DNA of 64,000 nt. It comes from the human T2T-CHM13v2.0 reference genome, Homo sapiens. Numbering within the stretch: the first letter of the stretch is position 1; each line of letters starts with the position of its first letter. Shown here one piece after another: positions 12,996 to 27,010 of the stretch. Made by a program: the position numbers and the translations under genes. The notes below the pieces were generated by a model. It had not been told where the DNA came from. It searched no databases and was given only the letters and a program-made list of their open reading frames with translations. Location of the stretch: the NCBI RefSeq assembly GCF_009914755.1, contig NC_060932.1. The stretch is one strand, 5' to 3'.

Positions 12996-15663
12996 ATGTT
13001 TAATTCCTGACCTAGAAGTTGAATGTTTTTTATTTCAAATATGTGAAACAATATAGCAGTCACTTGAAGAGATCACACACCTTACACTGGTACGACAATG
13101 TGTGATCTCACAGTTGGACAGGGGTGGGAGGAAGTGGGGGGGATCTTTTGACTTACTTGAAATACCTCCAGAGAATGTCTTGCTTATTGTGGAACGACAG
13201 CTACAAAATACTTGTGTTATGGCCCAAATGTAAATATGTCTGTTTCTATTTAGGAGATCACTTATTTCTACATTTGTAGTACCATTTAAGACCATTCAAA
13301 GCCATTAGGATTGGTGTCCCTGACTTCTGGTCTCCTAGACAGATAAAAGCTGGTTCCCATGGGAACTAGTTTTGCTTTCTCTTCCGTCTAATTAAAACCT
13401 ATTTACCCAGGACTAAATGTTTTGTAAGTACCTTCCAGTGAGTTCTTCTGTTGGTTTACCAAGCTCAGTGCAAGCACTGGTAACGTAACCATTTGCAACA
13501 CCAGTCAACTTCAGTTGAGTGAGTACACACGAACTTGCTGGGACTGATTTTTTGTTTCTTTGGTTTCCTTGCAGTTCAGACCGGAAAGGATCGGGCTCCA
13601 TAGGGAACTCTATGCAACTGGCTGTATCTAAACATTCTGCAGTCTTTTTGTTGAGTGAACTTTCTGGGAGAAGAAGTAATACAAGATAGTGATATAAGCC
13701 ATGGATCTTCTCATGCCTCTGAGGGCAAAGCGTCCATTTTAGGAACTTGAGAAATTAGATTTCACTGTATTTGAATGACACTGTACAAGATGTGCCTTGT
13801 TATCTACTTAACCATTGTTGACTTTCCTTTTCCCACTGTGTTTTCCCCATGTTCCTGCAGAGATCTTGCTTTGTTTGGTCCCTCCTCAGAGAACAAGGTG
13901 GAGGGGCTCTCTGAACTCAATTTCTGCCGCTTTCTAGCGTGGGATAATTGTTATCTTCATTGTTTCCTGTTCTTAGGAAAAGAGCCTTCTTCTTCACTTC
14001 TCTTTTCTAGGTCCTCAGAGAGCTGGGCAGATGCCCATGTGACTGAGGCTGGGCTGTGCAGAGGAGGGAAGAAGAGAACCATCATAGCTCAGTCTCACAG
14101 CTCAGACCCAAACACCTTCAGACAAGAGCATCACTCCGGGTCTCTTTTCTTCTTCCAGCTTCTGAGTTGGAAATCAGTACTTGTGCTCTTCTCCTTCGTT
14201 ATTTTCACCTGGAGAACCTTAGTGGCTTCCAGAAGCCATAAAGCTGCCCTAATTCTCTGTCTCTTCCTGCTCATTGCACTGGTGGATGGCAAGAGGCACC
14301 TGGGTCTCTCTGGCAAGCTTTGGGGTCTGCACATGGTGTGGGTTCTCTCTGTTGCCAGGTTCCTGCCACCTGCTCTGCTTGGAGGAGACAGATAAGGGCA
14401 GGGAGGGCAGGGAAGCTCTTGCCAGCTGGCAGGGCTGGCCTGGAGATCTTATGGTGGCTGAGTGAGCTGCAGTCTTTCAGGCTGGATTTGCCCTGGAACA
14501 AGTTCGTGCAGGGAAGAGTAAGATCTTGGCTAAGGGCAAGGGAGCCCAGGTGAAGAAGGCGGCTTGAGAGGTTAATAGACTTGGGGATTGGCTCCTTTTG
14601 AAGGGCACCAAGGGATCCCATCAAGCACTTCCTAAGCTCTTTGGGAGAGGCCCAGGGAAGGGAACTGTAAGCTTCCTATATGCAGCAGCACTTACCCAAT
14701 GCACAGAGATTATTTATTTACATAACTGTCTTGCAATTGAAGGCTTCTTAAAGACAAGAATTGTGTCTTTATCCCTCAGTGCTTTCAGAGTGTAGCTAGA
14801 GCCTGGCAGTGAATTAGGAGTCCCTTAATTTTTACTGATTTGAATGGAAATTAAAGAAATTGGTAAGGTATGTTCAGGGCTGAGAGGGTGCCCCAGACAA
14901 GCTAGCAACTTGGCACCATTTTAAACAATATTGTTGAATATTTTCTCAACAATTATTTGGAGAAGAGGTGCAAGTGCTGCTAAAGTGGATCCTTACATTT
15001 TCAGGCCCTTTCCGATAAACAACAGATCTATTGTGAAACAGGTCGCCCTCCTTAGAAGCCTTTGAGCAACCCTTAATTAAGCCTGTTGTTGGGAGAGGAG
15101 AAGGTCTCAACCTGGAGCTTTCCATTGTAGCAGCTCTGGTCAACGTTTTTCTCATCAGATTTCCGGTGATGCTTTCGTTCCAGGCAACTGCCTGGATATC
15201 CGCAGTCTAATCCAGTGCTGCAAATGCATTTGCCTTTAGAGATGGGTCAAGTCAACTACTGCTGATTTTGCTTTGTTGTATTTAAAAATATATTATTATA
15301 ACAACTTCAAAGGTTCCTTTGAAAGAAGAATAACAAATTACTCCCTATCACAAGACTGTAACAAAATAGGTTTTATTTTTGTGTATTCTGGAGGCTTTGG
15401 CCATAATCATACATATTTTACATCATTGTAATCACAGTTAACATAACATTTTGCATTCTCCTTTATTCACTTCACATTATATCAAGTGTTTCTTTATATT
15501 GTTCCATTCTTTTTCTAGTTATCTTTTAAAATAGCTGCATAATATTCCATGTGGCAGGTGAACAAACTATGAGATTATTTACATCTTTTTGCTGTCAGAA
15601 GCAACCATACAGTAACGCTTTTGTGTATACAGCTCTTTTCTTATTTAAATAATTTATTTCTCC

Positions 15664-18247
15664 TTAACTTTATTAAGGTATGATTGACAAATAGTAGTTG
15701 TGTCTAAGGTGTACAATGTGATGACTTGGTATACATATACTTTGTGAGCTGATTACCACAATCAAGCAAATTAACATATCTATCACCTCCCATGGTACAC
15801 TTCCCCCACTTTTTTTGTGGTGAGAATATTTAAGATCTACTCCTTTAGCAAACTTTAAGTATACAATATAGTATTATTAACTGTAGTCAACATGTTATAT
15901 ATTATAGCTCCATAACTCATTCCTCTTATAACTGGAATTTTGTGCCCTTTCAGTAACATCTTATTTCCCCTACCCACTGCCCCTGGTAACTGCCATACTA
16001 CTCTCTGCTTTTATGAGTTTGACCTTTTTAGATATTGCATGTAAATGATATTTTTCAATATTTATCTTCCTGTGTCTGGCTTATTTCACTTAACTTAATG
16101 TCTTCCAGGTTCATCCATGTTGTTGCAAATGGCAGAATTTTCTTTTTTTAAGACTGAATAATATTCTATTATATAGTTATATGTATTACATTTCTTTCAT
16201 TCATTCATCTGTCAATGGACGCAATTTGTTTTCATATTTTAGCTATTATGAGTAATACTGCAGAGAACATGGGAGTGCAGCTAACTCTTCAAGATCATGA
16301 TTTCATTTCCTTTCGATATGTCAGAAGTGGGATGCTGGATCAAAGAGTACTTTTATTTTTAATTTTTTGAGCAACCTCTAAACTGTTTTGCATAATGAAT
16401 GTACTATTTATATTTCCACTAACAGTGAACAAAGGCTCCCTTTTCCCTGTATCCTCCCCAACACTTGTTATCTTTTGACTTTTTGATATAACCATCCTAA
16501 CAGGTATAAGGTGATATCTCATTGTGGTTTTCCCCGATGATTAGTGATTATGAGCATTTTAAAAAATATATCTCTTGGCCATTTGTATGTCTTCTTTGCT
16601 CATTTAAAAATTTGGGTTATTATTATTATTATTTGCTGTTGAGTTGTTTGAATTCCTTATACATTTTGGATGTTAACCCCTTATTAGACATGTGGTTTGC
16701 AAGTATTTTCTTCCATTCCATACATTACCTTTTCATTTGGTTGTTTTCTTTGCTGTGCAGAAACTTTTAAATTCGTTGTAGTCTCACCTGTTTAATTTTG
16801 TTTACGTTGCCTTTACTTTTGGTATCATATTCACAAAAATTATTGTTAAGACCAATGTCAAGGAGCTTTCTCTTTATGTTCTCTTCTTGGAGTTTCAGGC
16901 CTTTGAAATATTTTATCCATTTTTGAGTTGATTTTTGTCTATGGCAAAATGGTCCAATTTCATTCTTTTGCATGTGAATATCCAGTTTCCCAGCACAATT
17001 TATTGAAAAGACTACCCTTTTTCCATTGTGTAGATTTGGCACCTTTGTCCAAGATTAGTTGACCATGTATGTGGGTTTATTTCTGGACCTCTATTCTGTT
17101 CTGTTGGTAAATGTGTCTGTTTTCATGCTAGTACTATACTGTTTTGATTACTATAACCTTGTAATATAATTTGAAACCAGGAAATGTGACACCTACAGCT
17201 TTATTATTCTTTCTCAAGATTGCTTTAATGATTTGGGGTCTTTTGTGGTTCCACATAAATTTTAGAATTTTTTTTTCTATTTCTGTGAAAGAAGCCATTA
17301 GAATCTTGATAGAAATTGAGTTGAGTCTGTAGATTGCTTTGGATAGTATGGACATTTTAACAATGTTAATTTATTTAATCCTTGAACACAGAATATCTTT
17401 CCATTTGTTTGTGTCTTTTTCAATTACTTTCATCAATGTTTTATAGCTTTTAGTGTACAGATCATTCATCTCCTAAATTTATTCCTATTTTATTCTTTCT
17501 GATGCTATTCTAAATGGGATTGTTTTCTTAATTTCTTTTTCAGATATTTCATTGTTAGTGTATACAAACTCCTCTGATTTTTGCATGTTGAGTTTGTATC
17601 CTATAACTTTACTGAATTCATTTAGTAATTATAACAGTTTTTGGCAGGATCTTTAGGGTTTTCTATGTCATGTGCAAACAGAGACAATTTAACTTCTTCC
17701 TTTCTGATTTGGATGTCTTGCAATTATTTTTCTTGCTTAATTGTTCTGTGTAGGCAGGGTGCAGTGGCTTATGCCTATAATCCCAGGACTTTGGGAGACT
17801 GAGGTAGAAGGATATCTTAAGGCCAGGAGTCCGAGATCAGCCTGGGCAACATATCGGATCTTGTCTCTACAAAAAATAAAAAACTAGCTGGGCATGGTGG
17901 AACACGCCTGTAGTCCCAGCTACTTGGGAGGATCATTTGAGCACAGGAGTTCGAGGCTGCAGTGAGCTATGATTATGCCACTATACTTCAGCCTAGGCAA
18001 CAGGGTGAGATCCTGTCTCTGAAAAAAAAAAAAAAAACTATTCTGTCTAGGATTTCTAGTGCTATGTTAAATAGAAGCGATGAGAGTGGGCACCTTTGCC
18101 TTGTTCCTGATCTTAGAGGAAACGTTTTCAGCTTTTTACCCTTGAGTATGATGTTAGCTGTGGGCTTGTCCCATATGGCCTTTATAATGTTGAGGTACAC
18201 TCCTTGTATACCCAATTTGTTGAGAGTTTTTATCATGAATGGATGTT
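15664..18247 (-). mobile_element. L1 (L1MA8/9-like) 3' part: 3'UTR and C-terminal ORF2, interrupted by an Alu
   Basis: Minus-strand ORF2p peptides [61 protein letters not shown]; L1MA-type 3'UTR; many stops and frameshifts. Confidence 0.92.
17753..18037 (+). mobile_element. Alu (AluJ-like) inserted in L1
   Basis: Dimer with poly-A; diverged TSD attgttctgtgtag / actattctgtctag. Confidence 0.92.
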
Positions 18248-18257
18248 CCATTATATT

Positions 18258-19063
18258 AAAACCCAAAGTTAACAGGAAAGAAATAACAAAGATCAGAACA
18301 GAAATCAATGATATAGAGATGAGAAAAATGATAGGAAAGATAAATAAAAGTGCTTTTTTTTTTGAAAAAAATGTAATTGACAAGCCTCTAGCTAGACTAA
18401 GGAAAAAAGAAAAGATTCAAATAAACAAAATCAGAAATAAAAGAGGAGTCATTATAACTGATATCACAGAAATACTAAGAATCATAAGAGACTTTTATGA
18501 ACAATTATACACAAACAAATTGGATAACCTAGAGGAAATGAATAAATTCATGTAACCTACCAAGACTGAATCATGAAGAAACAGAGCATTTGAACAGACT
18601 ATTAATGACTAAGAAGATTGAATCAGTAATCAAAAACCTTCCAAAAAAGAAAGACCCAGGAACAGATGGCTTCACTGGTGAATTCTACCAAGCATTTAAA
18701 GAAGAATTAATACCAGTCCTTCTCAAACTCTTCCAAAAATTGAAAAGGAGGGAACACTTCCAAATTCATCTTATGAGCCCAGCATTACCCTGATACCAGA
18801 GCCAGACAAGGGTACTACCAGGAAAGAAAATTACAGGCCAATATCATTGATGAACATAGATGCAAAACTTCTCAACAAAATACTAGCATACTGAACTCTA
18901 CAGCACATTAAAAGAATCGTACAATATGATTAAGTAAGTGCCATTTATTCCTGGGATGCAAAAAAGTTTCAACATATGCAAGTCAGTAAGTGTCATACAC
19001 CACATTAACAGAGTGAAGAATAAAGATCTTACGACCATCTCAATAGATGCAGAAAAATCATTT
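18258..19063 (+). mobile_element. Inverted 5' segment of the same L1 (ORF2 pre-RT/early RT)
   Basis: Peptides [52 protein letters not shown]; ends at ISIDAEK, just upstream of where the minus segment begins. Confidence 0.92.
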
Positions 19064-19102
19064 TATTTCTTCGGGATTAATGTCTAGGAGGAGGATCAAA
19101 GG

Positions 19103-19295
19103 CAGTGTATGTTGGCGCTAGGTCATACCAGCTTGTGAGATCTCATTTTGCAAATCTGTTGCCAATTCTGTATTCAGAAAGTTCCCTTAAAATAAGTTGT
19201 GAGAGGTAGAAATATTTATGTCACACAAATTAACAAATGCTACAAATCTAATTTTTGTTTAGTTTATGGAGAGCTGGCTTACCAGCACACTATTG
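19103..19295. mobile_element. MER63-like hAT (Blackjack) DNA transposon
   Basis: TIR-like ends cagtgtatgttgg / ccagcacactattg; 8-bp TSD atcaaagg (19095-19102) / atcaaagc (19296-19303). Confidence 0.75.
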
Positions 19296-20288
19296 ATCAA
19301 AGCATGTAAACTTTTATTTTATTACTCTTGATAAATTTATTGCCATATTATTTTTCAAAGAAGTTGAACCGGTATATGTATAACTGATTTGATTGAGATG
19401 TCTTAACTTGTTGAAGTGTAGCCATAAATTACTTATATATTTTCAGTAGCTGCTAAATTGTGTTTTCTCGAAACCTTCTTTTCCACAGGGAAGTGGGCTT
19501 CCTTAATATATCTAAATCCACTTTCATAATTTTTGTTCATTTAAAAATAAAAATGACATGGGTTGCTAAGTTTTAGTTCTATCCATTTAAAGGCTTGAAG
19601 TTTTGGTTCAAACCTCACCTCATCTTCTTGTAGGAGAGGCGTGACTCCAGTGGTTTGGGGTGGAGGGCTGTTGTTATCTGCTACCCTGACTAGCTGTTGT
19701 GGTTCTCTCCATCTTCCCTTTACTTATTCTTTGGAACTGAGCTGGGGCAAAGAGAGAAGAATTTATGTGATTACTCATGGTGTGTTGGCTGCTCTTCTCT
19801 CTTGGTCATCTCTGTGGTTCCTCTTTTGGTGTTCACATAATGTCTGTCCCTTCTGTTGTCCATCATTGCTTCTGTCTGCCACTGACTGATTATAATGTTT
19901 TCTGTGTAGTCAATGTCCCATTGTTAATTCCTTTCCTCCTGAAACAACTACAAACTGGACAACATGTATGGAACAAGTTTTCAACACATTGGACAACAGG
20001 CAACAAGTGACAGTGATTCCGCGAGATGGGCAACAACAGGGTAAGCCGTAGGGTTGCCTCAGCTTGAGAAAGTTTCCAGGCTGTAGCACAAGGAAGGAGA
20101 AACAGGGTAGAGGTTGGAAGTCTGGGGAGGCCAAGGAGACTAGAATAGCAGGGCAGAGGGCCTGAGAGAAGAGGGTCAGATTAGGACTCTGGAGGGCTAC
20201 AGAATCCCACTCAAGGCTTCCGCAGAGCACTGATGGGTGCAGATATGTGAGCACATTACTCAAGGGCAGAGAAAAATACCACCCCTCA

Positions 20289-21106
20289 TTTTTTAAAATT
20301 ATTATACTTTAAATTCTGGGTTACATGTACAGAACGTGCAGTTCTGTTACGTAGGTATACACGTGCCATGGTGGTTTGCTGCACCCATCAACCTGTCACC
20401 TACATTAGGTATTTCTCCTAATGTTGTCCCTCCCCTAGCCCCCCACTCCCCGCAGGCCCCAGTGTGTGATGTTCCCCTCCCTGTGTCCATGTGTTCTCAT
20501 TATTCACCTCCCACTTATTGGTGAAAACATGTGGTGTTTGGTTTTTTGATCTTGTGATAGTTTGCTGAGAATGATGGTTTCCAGCTTCATCCATATCCCT
20601 GCAAAGGACATGAACTCATCCTTTTTTATGGCTGCATAGTATTCCATGATGTATATGTGCCACATTTTTTTAATCCAGTCTGTCATTGATGGACATTTGG
20701 GTTGGTTCCAAGTCTTTGCTATTGTGAATAGTGCCACAATAAACATATGGGTGCATGCGTCTTTATTGTAGAATGATTTATAATCCTTTGGGTATATGCC
20801 CAGTAATGGGATTGCTAGGTCAAATCGTATTTCTAGTTCTAGAACCTTGAGGAATTGCCACACTGTCTTACACAATGGTTGAACTAATTTACACTCCCAC
20901 CAACAGTGTAAAAGTGTTCCTATTATTCCACAACCTCTCCAGCATCTGTTGTTTCCCGTATCTTGAGTTGATTTTTGTGTAAGGTGTGAGGAAGGGGTCC
21001 AGTTTCAGTTTTCTGCATTTGGCTAGCCAGTTTTCTCAACACCATTTATTAAATAGGGTTTCTTTTCCCCATTGCTTGTCTGTGTCAGGTTTGTCAAAGA
21101 TCAGAT
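20289..21106 (-). mobile_element. L1PA (PA7/8-like), 5'-truncated, internally deleted
   Basis: Primate L1 3'UTR; ORF2 C-terminus (LLGIYPKDYKSFY..WNQPKCPSMTDWIKKMWHIY); TSD ataccacccctca / ataccactcccca. Confidence 0.95.
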
Positions 21107-21841
21107 ACCACTCCCCAAAATTAGTGGAATATACTCTAGGGGGCAAAGAGGGTTGGGAATTGTTCTTGTTCATAGCAGCCAGAGTGAAAACAGTCATAAT
21201 TTGTCAGAGTTTGGGTAGAGTACTCAGAAAGGTTTGATATAGTAATAGGAGAAAATTAGACCTAGATCTAATGTCACTCTGGTCTCACTTAACAAAGCTT
21301 AAAAGCAAGACATAAAAGGATCAAACTGTTTCCAATGAACTTAACTGCATCCCAGTACAAAGATCAATAATTTTAATAATCACATAAAAATATCCAGCAC
21401 AAACATGGTAAATATTTCAGTGTCTTGCATTTGATAAAAAATTATGAAGCAGGAAAATATAACCGATAATAAGAAGAAAGCCTGGTTTAACATTTGAAAA
21501 TCAATCAATGCAATTTTTTATGTTGACTAGTTAAAAGGAAAAAAGGCACCTGATTATCTTGATGAGTACAGAGAAAACACTACCAAAATCTAGCATCTAT
21601 TTCTGATAAAAACCTCTCAGCAACCTAGGAATGGCAAGGTATTTCCTCAACCTAATAAAAGGTGTCCAGGAAAAACCTACAGCAGACATTGCATTTAATG
21701 ATGAAAGACTGAAAGACTGAATGTCTTCCTCCTAAGATCAGTGAAAAGTTAAGGATGTTTACTTTCACTACTTTTATTCAACCCTGTACTGAAGAATTTG
21801 CCAAGGCAATAAGGCAAGAAAAATAAAACGTACCCAAATCA

Positions 21842-22192
<351 letters not shown>

Positions 22193-24029
22193 CTAAGAAG
22201 AAAATCCTATGGAATCTATGAAAAAGTTCAGGAAATAATCATGGGACACAGGATATACGATCAGTACATAAAATTTAATTTTTTTTTTTTGAAATAGATT
22301 CTTGCCAATGCATTCTTACCAAGTGCAATTTGTTGCATTCTGAGTTGCATTCTGTTCATTTGCCCAACAGTGCTCATCCCGATGTGTGTTTACATACTCA
22401 CTTGTTTACATATGATCACTTATGTCTTCTCTGTGACTTCCCACCTGATAGCAAACTCCATGAAGGCAGACACAGTGCCTGTTTTATTGCTTGGTGTTTG
22501 AACAGCACCTGTTACTATGCTAGCACATACCATCCAATAGATGGTACCTGTTGTTATCATAGCAGGGAGTCAGTAAAGGAATAAAATTAAATTAACAGAT
22601 GAACTAGTAATTTTGCAGATGAAGAAACTGAGGTTCAGATAAAGTCACTCACTAACCTGAGGCCACATGACTAATTGAGGTTCCACTGCAGGTCCCTGAT
22701 CCCATGTAAACATGCTGCTCGCTGTGTCTCTCTCCTGCAAGCAGTGGAGTGGCATTTCAAGGAGTGTTTCCCTGCCTGGCTCAGGAGAAGCTTATGTTTC
22801 TGTACCAAATGTTACTCCCTATCTTACAAAATTTGGGAGAGGAATAAAGAGGCAGCCTGAATGGCTCTAACCCAGGGCTGACGCATAGTTAAGCTGTCCT
22901 GGAGCCCAGCAGGCAGTTTGTAAATTATTAGAATGTATCTGCCACATCTGGTGCCTGCACACTGTGTGGAATGTGTAGCCATGGAGTTCAAACCAAGACC
23001 TCACATTTATAGGGTTGTAAAGATGTAGAGAGACCGGTGGATCTTGTTTCTATTCCACCCAAAGGCTAAGGTTGCCTCGCATAGATCTTTGAGAGGCGGA
23101 CAGGGCTAAGAACTACTGCTTTGCCATGGAGCTTCATGAAAGCAGATAAATCCATGTGTCTTTGCCAGAGTTACTGCGATGTATCCAGTCAGATACTTAA
23201 GATCACTTATCCTCATCACCTTATTTAGTAGGAATATGATATTTATATATCATCCTGCAAGGTGGTCCATATGACCTCCTTCAACAGAAAATGTCAAGTG
23301 TATCACTGAGTTTTCATGTTAACAAGCATTGAGAAGACACAATTTATTTTTCTCACTAAATTTTTGTCTTGGAGCTCACCGTGCACCCAGCAGTCAATGT
23401 GGCCTGAAGACTCAGTCCAAGTGGCTCTGAGAGGCTATGATGCTCTTCACTAAATGTGGCCCCTGCTGCAGACAGTGAGAAGCTGAGGATCCTGTGTCTG
23501 CAGTTGCCCAAAGCAGAATCTTTATCACCCACAACCTGTATCCAGAAAATAATTCCCTGTTCCTTGACTGAGGCAAATCTCAAACTCCTGCTGAGTTCCT
23601 GGTACTCAGATCTGACTCTGACTTTACATAGACTTCTGTGGCAGAGCTGGGTTTTTATTTAAGTGTTCTAGGACAACTTTTCCTACAACCTTCAGAGAAG
23701 GAAATGGGAGTGCGTGGTAGTAACACCCCAGGATGTAGGTGAAAGAGTAGAGACACTGGACTCAGAGAATGCTGGGGTCAAATCCGGGAATTGTTTCCTT
23801 CTTCCCTGATGGCTTTGAACCAGTTAGTTAACCTCTGTACTTCACTTTTTTTTTGCCTATAAATTGTGGAGAATAATGACCACCTCTAAGGGAAATGACA
23901 AGGGTTAATATGTATTATGATTATATGTTAAATTACTATAATATATACTATACCCTCTGGGAAGAGTCTGTTACCATGGTTGGCACATAGTAGGAACTCA
24001 GGAAGTGGTCACTATGATCACTTATCATA

Positions 24030-24470
24030 TCCATTAAATGCAACAACATGTTCATCACAGCATTTTAAACGCAAACCTTGAAGTGATGTTAATGTATACC
24101 AATAAAAATGGCATCCACTCCTATGATGAAATATTGTACAACCATTGCAAATCATGATTCTTAAAGAAATGGGAAAATGCTCACAAAAGAAATGTCAAGT
24201 TGGAGAAAGATTCAAATCATAAATATATATCCTAATTTATGCAAGATAAACAAAAGGATGCTATGCACATATATAAATAGGACTTCATCCACTCCCTCAA
24301 AAAGATTTGCAAAAATATATCCCTGAAAGTTATCGTTTATCTAAATGGCAAGAGTAGGGGTGGTTTTCGTTTTCTTTATTCTTTTTTGTGCTTTCCAGAT
24401 TTCCCACAATGAATATTGCCTGCAATTATAATACAAGAAAAAGCAAACATTATTACTTTAAAAAAATGAT
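24030..24470 (+). mobile_element. L1ME-type 3' end relic
   Basis: atgttcatcacagcatt...aaccattgcaaat...gaatattgcctgcaattataat..aaaa, typical of L1ME 3'UTR. Confidence 0.6.
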
Positions 24471-24689
24471 ATGAGAAGCTACACCTCATTTTTCACAAAA
24501 CAACAGCTGCTGAGAAACATTCACTTTCTGCTACATGCATTCAAATGCCCCAGCCATGGCCTGGCATGGTAGGGGGACAGCAGTGGCCCCCAGTCTGCCA
24601 GGCCAGCATCACAGATGGGCTCTCCACAGCACAGGGAGTGTCCAAGCCTTGCCAGGCTGTGGTTCCCTCCTCCTCTCTGCTGGCGTTTC

Positions 24690-25090
24690 CTCTGGTATTT
24701 ATTCACTCACATAGCCTATAGAGTTAAAAGAGGTTTGTTTCTTTTCAGGCTGTTGAGTGCAGCCAGGGTAATTTAGTAGAAAAATGTCATGCTAATGCAA
24801 TTCAAAGTTCAAATGATCTTTCATTTTGAGGGAAAGAAGAATGTGTGTGCAGTTGGAATGTTAAAACTCACTACTTGCCCTGCAATTCAAATAGAAATAT
24901 GAGCTGCAGGGGCTACATAAGTCACATGAAGTACTGTGAGTGAAATGCGCAAAATGAATAAAAATGATCCGGAAGCCGTTTATTAGCATTGCTGGGGGCC
25001 AGCACCAAACAAGAACTGTAGCCGTCAGAAGCTGCGTGGAGAAGGAGTGTTTGCATAAAATTACAATAATCCTGAAATAATGAGGAAGTA
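24690..25090. promoter_or_regulatory. Candidate enhancer (POU, ETS, E-box, HOX motifs)
   Basis: ATGCTAAT 24789-24796, GTCACATGA 24921-24929, CCGGAAG 24969-24975, TTTATTAG, TTTGCATAAAATTA from 25050; unique AT-rich block. Confidence 0.4.
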
Positions 25091-25518
25091 AGTGATCAGT
25101 GAGGTCCTTCTTACCAATGTCTCGAAAGCCGCCCTCAGACCCCCGGAAAGCTGTACCCTTTCCCAGCTCACATGCCCTTCCCTCCTCTATCTGCCTGGCT
25201 TGGCTGCACTTGCAGGTGGGTGGGTGGCGGTGAAGCTTGGGGAGAGGCTGCATGTGCCCCCGCACTGCCTGCTGTCTTGGAGTTTGAGGGGAGATAGAAA
25301 GATGGATGGAGAAGTTGTGGTCACTGGGCTTAGTTCAGGCCACCCACAAGAAGACAAGAGAGTGTGGTTGGCACCTGGGCAGGGGAGGCAGCTCCCCAAC
25401 CCTCACTGGAAGTCAGGTCTGTCCTTGGAGAGTTCATCCTCCTTCCACTCCTCTTCTGGTTTCTTGTCTACCCCTGCCACAAAGAAGTGCTCAAAGGAAC
25501 AGATGTCAATTGTTTATC

Positions 25519-25823
25519 TTTTTTTTTTGTTTGTTTGTTTTTTTTAAGACAGGGTCTTGCTTTGTTGCCCAGGCTGGAGTGCCTGGCATGATCATAGCTC
25601 ACTGACACCTCGAACTCCTGGGCTCAAGCAATCCTCTTGCTTCAGCCTCTCCAGTAGCTGGGACTACAGGTGCATGCCACCACACCTGGCTAATTTTATT
25701 TTCTGTAGAGACAGGGTCTGGCTGTGTTACCCAGGCTGGTCTCGAGCTCCTGGCTTCAAATGATCTCCCCACTTCAGCCTCCCAAAGCCCTTGGATTACA
25801 GGTGTGAACCACCACACCAGGCC
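25519..25823 (-). mobile_element. Alu (AluJ-like)
   Basis: Antisense dimer with J-type features; flank tgtttat repeated. Confidence 0.93.
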
Positions 25824-26086
25824 AGCTGTTTATATCTCAATATGCATTTTCCACCTTGTTTCTGCTCATAATGGATTAACATTTTCAGATGTAGCTATTA
25901 TGATCCATTGAAATCCTTTATTGCAGCCCCCAACTTGTGAAAAGGATGTGAGGCAGCGATGTGTGGATAATTTGCCCAAGTTTCTTTCTTTAGTCTTAAA
26001 AATCAAATTCTGTTTACCTCTAAGAGATCATCTCGGGTCACCATCTACACAACCTGCTTTGATGGTATTATTACATTCTCTATCGT

Positions 26087-26438
26087 TGTTATGAAAAAAC
26101 TAGGTTCCCCCTGAAAAAAAATTCCCATGTCAAAGCCCCAATCCCTGATGTGACTGTATTTGAAGACAGGGTGTAGGAAGAAGTAATTGAGGTTAAATGA
26201 TCATAAGGGTGGGACCCTGATTTGTAGGCATGTGAAGGAGAGGTCCTGTGAGCACACAGTGGGTGAGATGCTGGCCCCCTACAAGCCAAGAAAAGAGGCC
26301 TCAGAATAAAATCTACCTTGCTGGCACCTTGATCGTGGACTGACTTCCTAGCCTCCAGAACTGTAAGAAATAAATTTCTGTTGTTTAAGCTACCCAGTCT
26401 GTGATATTTTGTTATGGCAGCCTGAGCAGACTAATATA
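26087..26438 (+). mobile_element. MaLR solo LTR (MLT1B-like)
   Basis: tgttatg...cctccagaactgtaagaaataaatttctgttgtttaagc...gactaatata; 5-bp flanks atcgt/atctt. Confidence 0.85.
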
Positions 26439-26790
26439 ATCTTCTATAAACAAGCAAATCCCAAAGGAACAGTGGGGATGGTACCAATGTGTGTGTGTGT
26501 GTTTGTGTGTGTGTATAGGCAGGAGTACAGGTGTTCTTTTTTAGAGAGTGAATTTTCCATTGTGTTTCATGTTTCATCTAAGTGGGTTGAAATTTTTTCC
26601 TATATATGTTTTATTGTGTGATAGAAGAATGGAATGTGTAGATTTGGTGGCGGTGGTGGGAGGGGGTGTTTAGGAGATAAGAAGGGAGAATGAAGAGGAA
26701 CTATTTTTCTTTTCATTTTGTATCTGGTCCAAGAGCTGAAAGAAAAGAATTGTAATTATTTGTATGTGCATATACCAATGTATCTGTTCT

Positions 26791-27010
26791 GCATTGTTTC
26801 CCAAGTTGACTTCCATAGTATACTAGTTCTGCAAAACGATTAATGAAAGGTGTTAAAAATATCCTTGGTCAAGTGAGTTTATGAAGAGCTTTGCATGATT
26901 TTTCAAAGCCCATGCATCATGCCTCTCCAAGGGGCAGACATGACCTACAGTAGGTCCCAATACATTTGACCAGGACGTCATTTTCACCATTTGTTTTGGG
27001 AATCACACTC
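26791..27010. mobile_element. hAT-Charlie relic (MER112-like)
   Basis: Inverted ends cattgtttcccaa / ttgggaatcacact. Confidence 0.5.

Noticed and set aside
13775-14395. Longest ORF (206 aa, +)
   Set aside because: No recognisable domain; Leu/Phe/Ser bias follows the pyrimidine-rich DNA; no supporting exon chain.
17962-18555. 197-aa ORF as a gene
   Set aside because: Chimera of Alu tail, antisense L1 and sense L1 ORF2 across the inversion junction.
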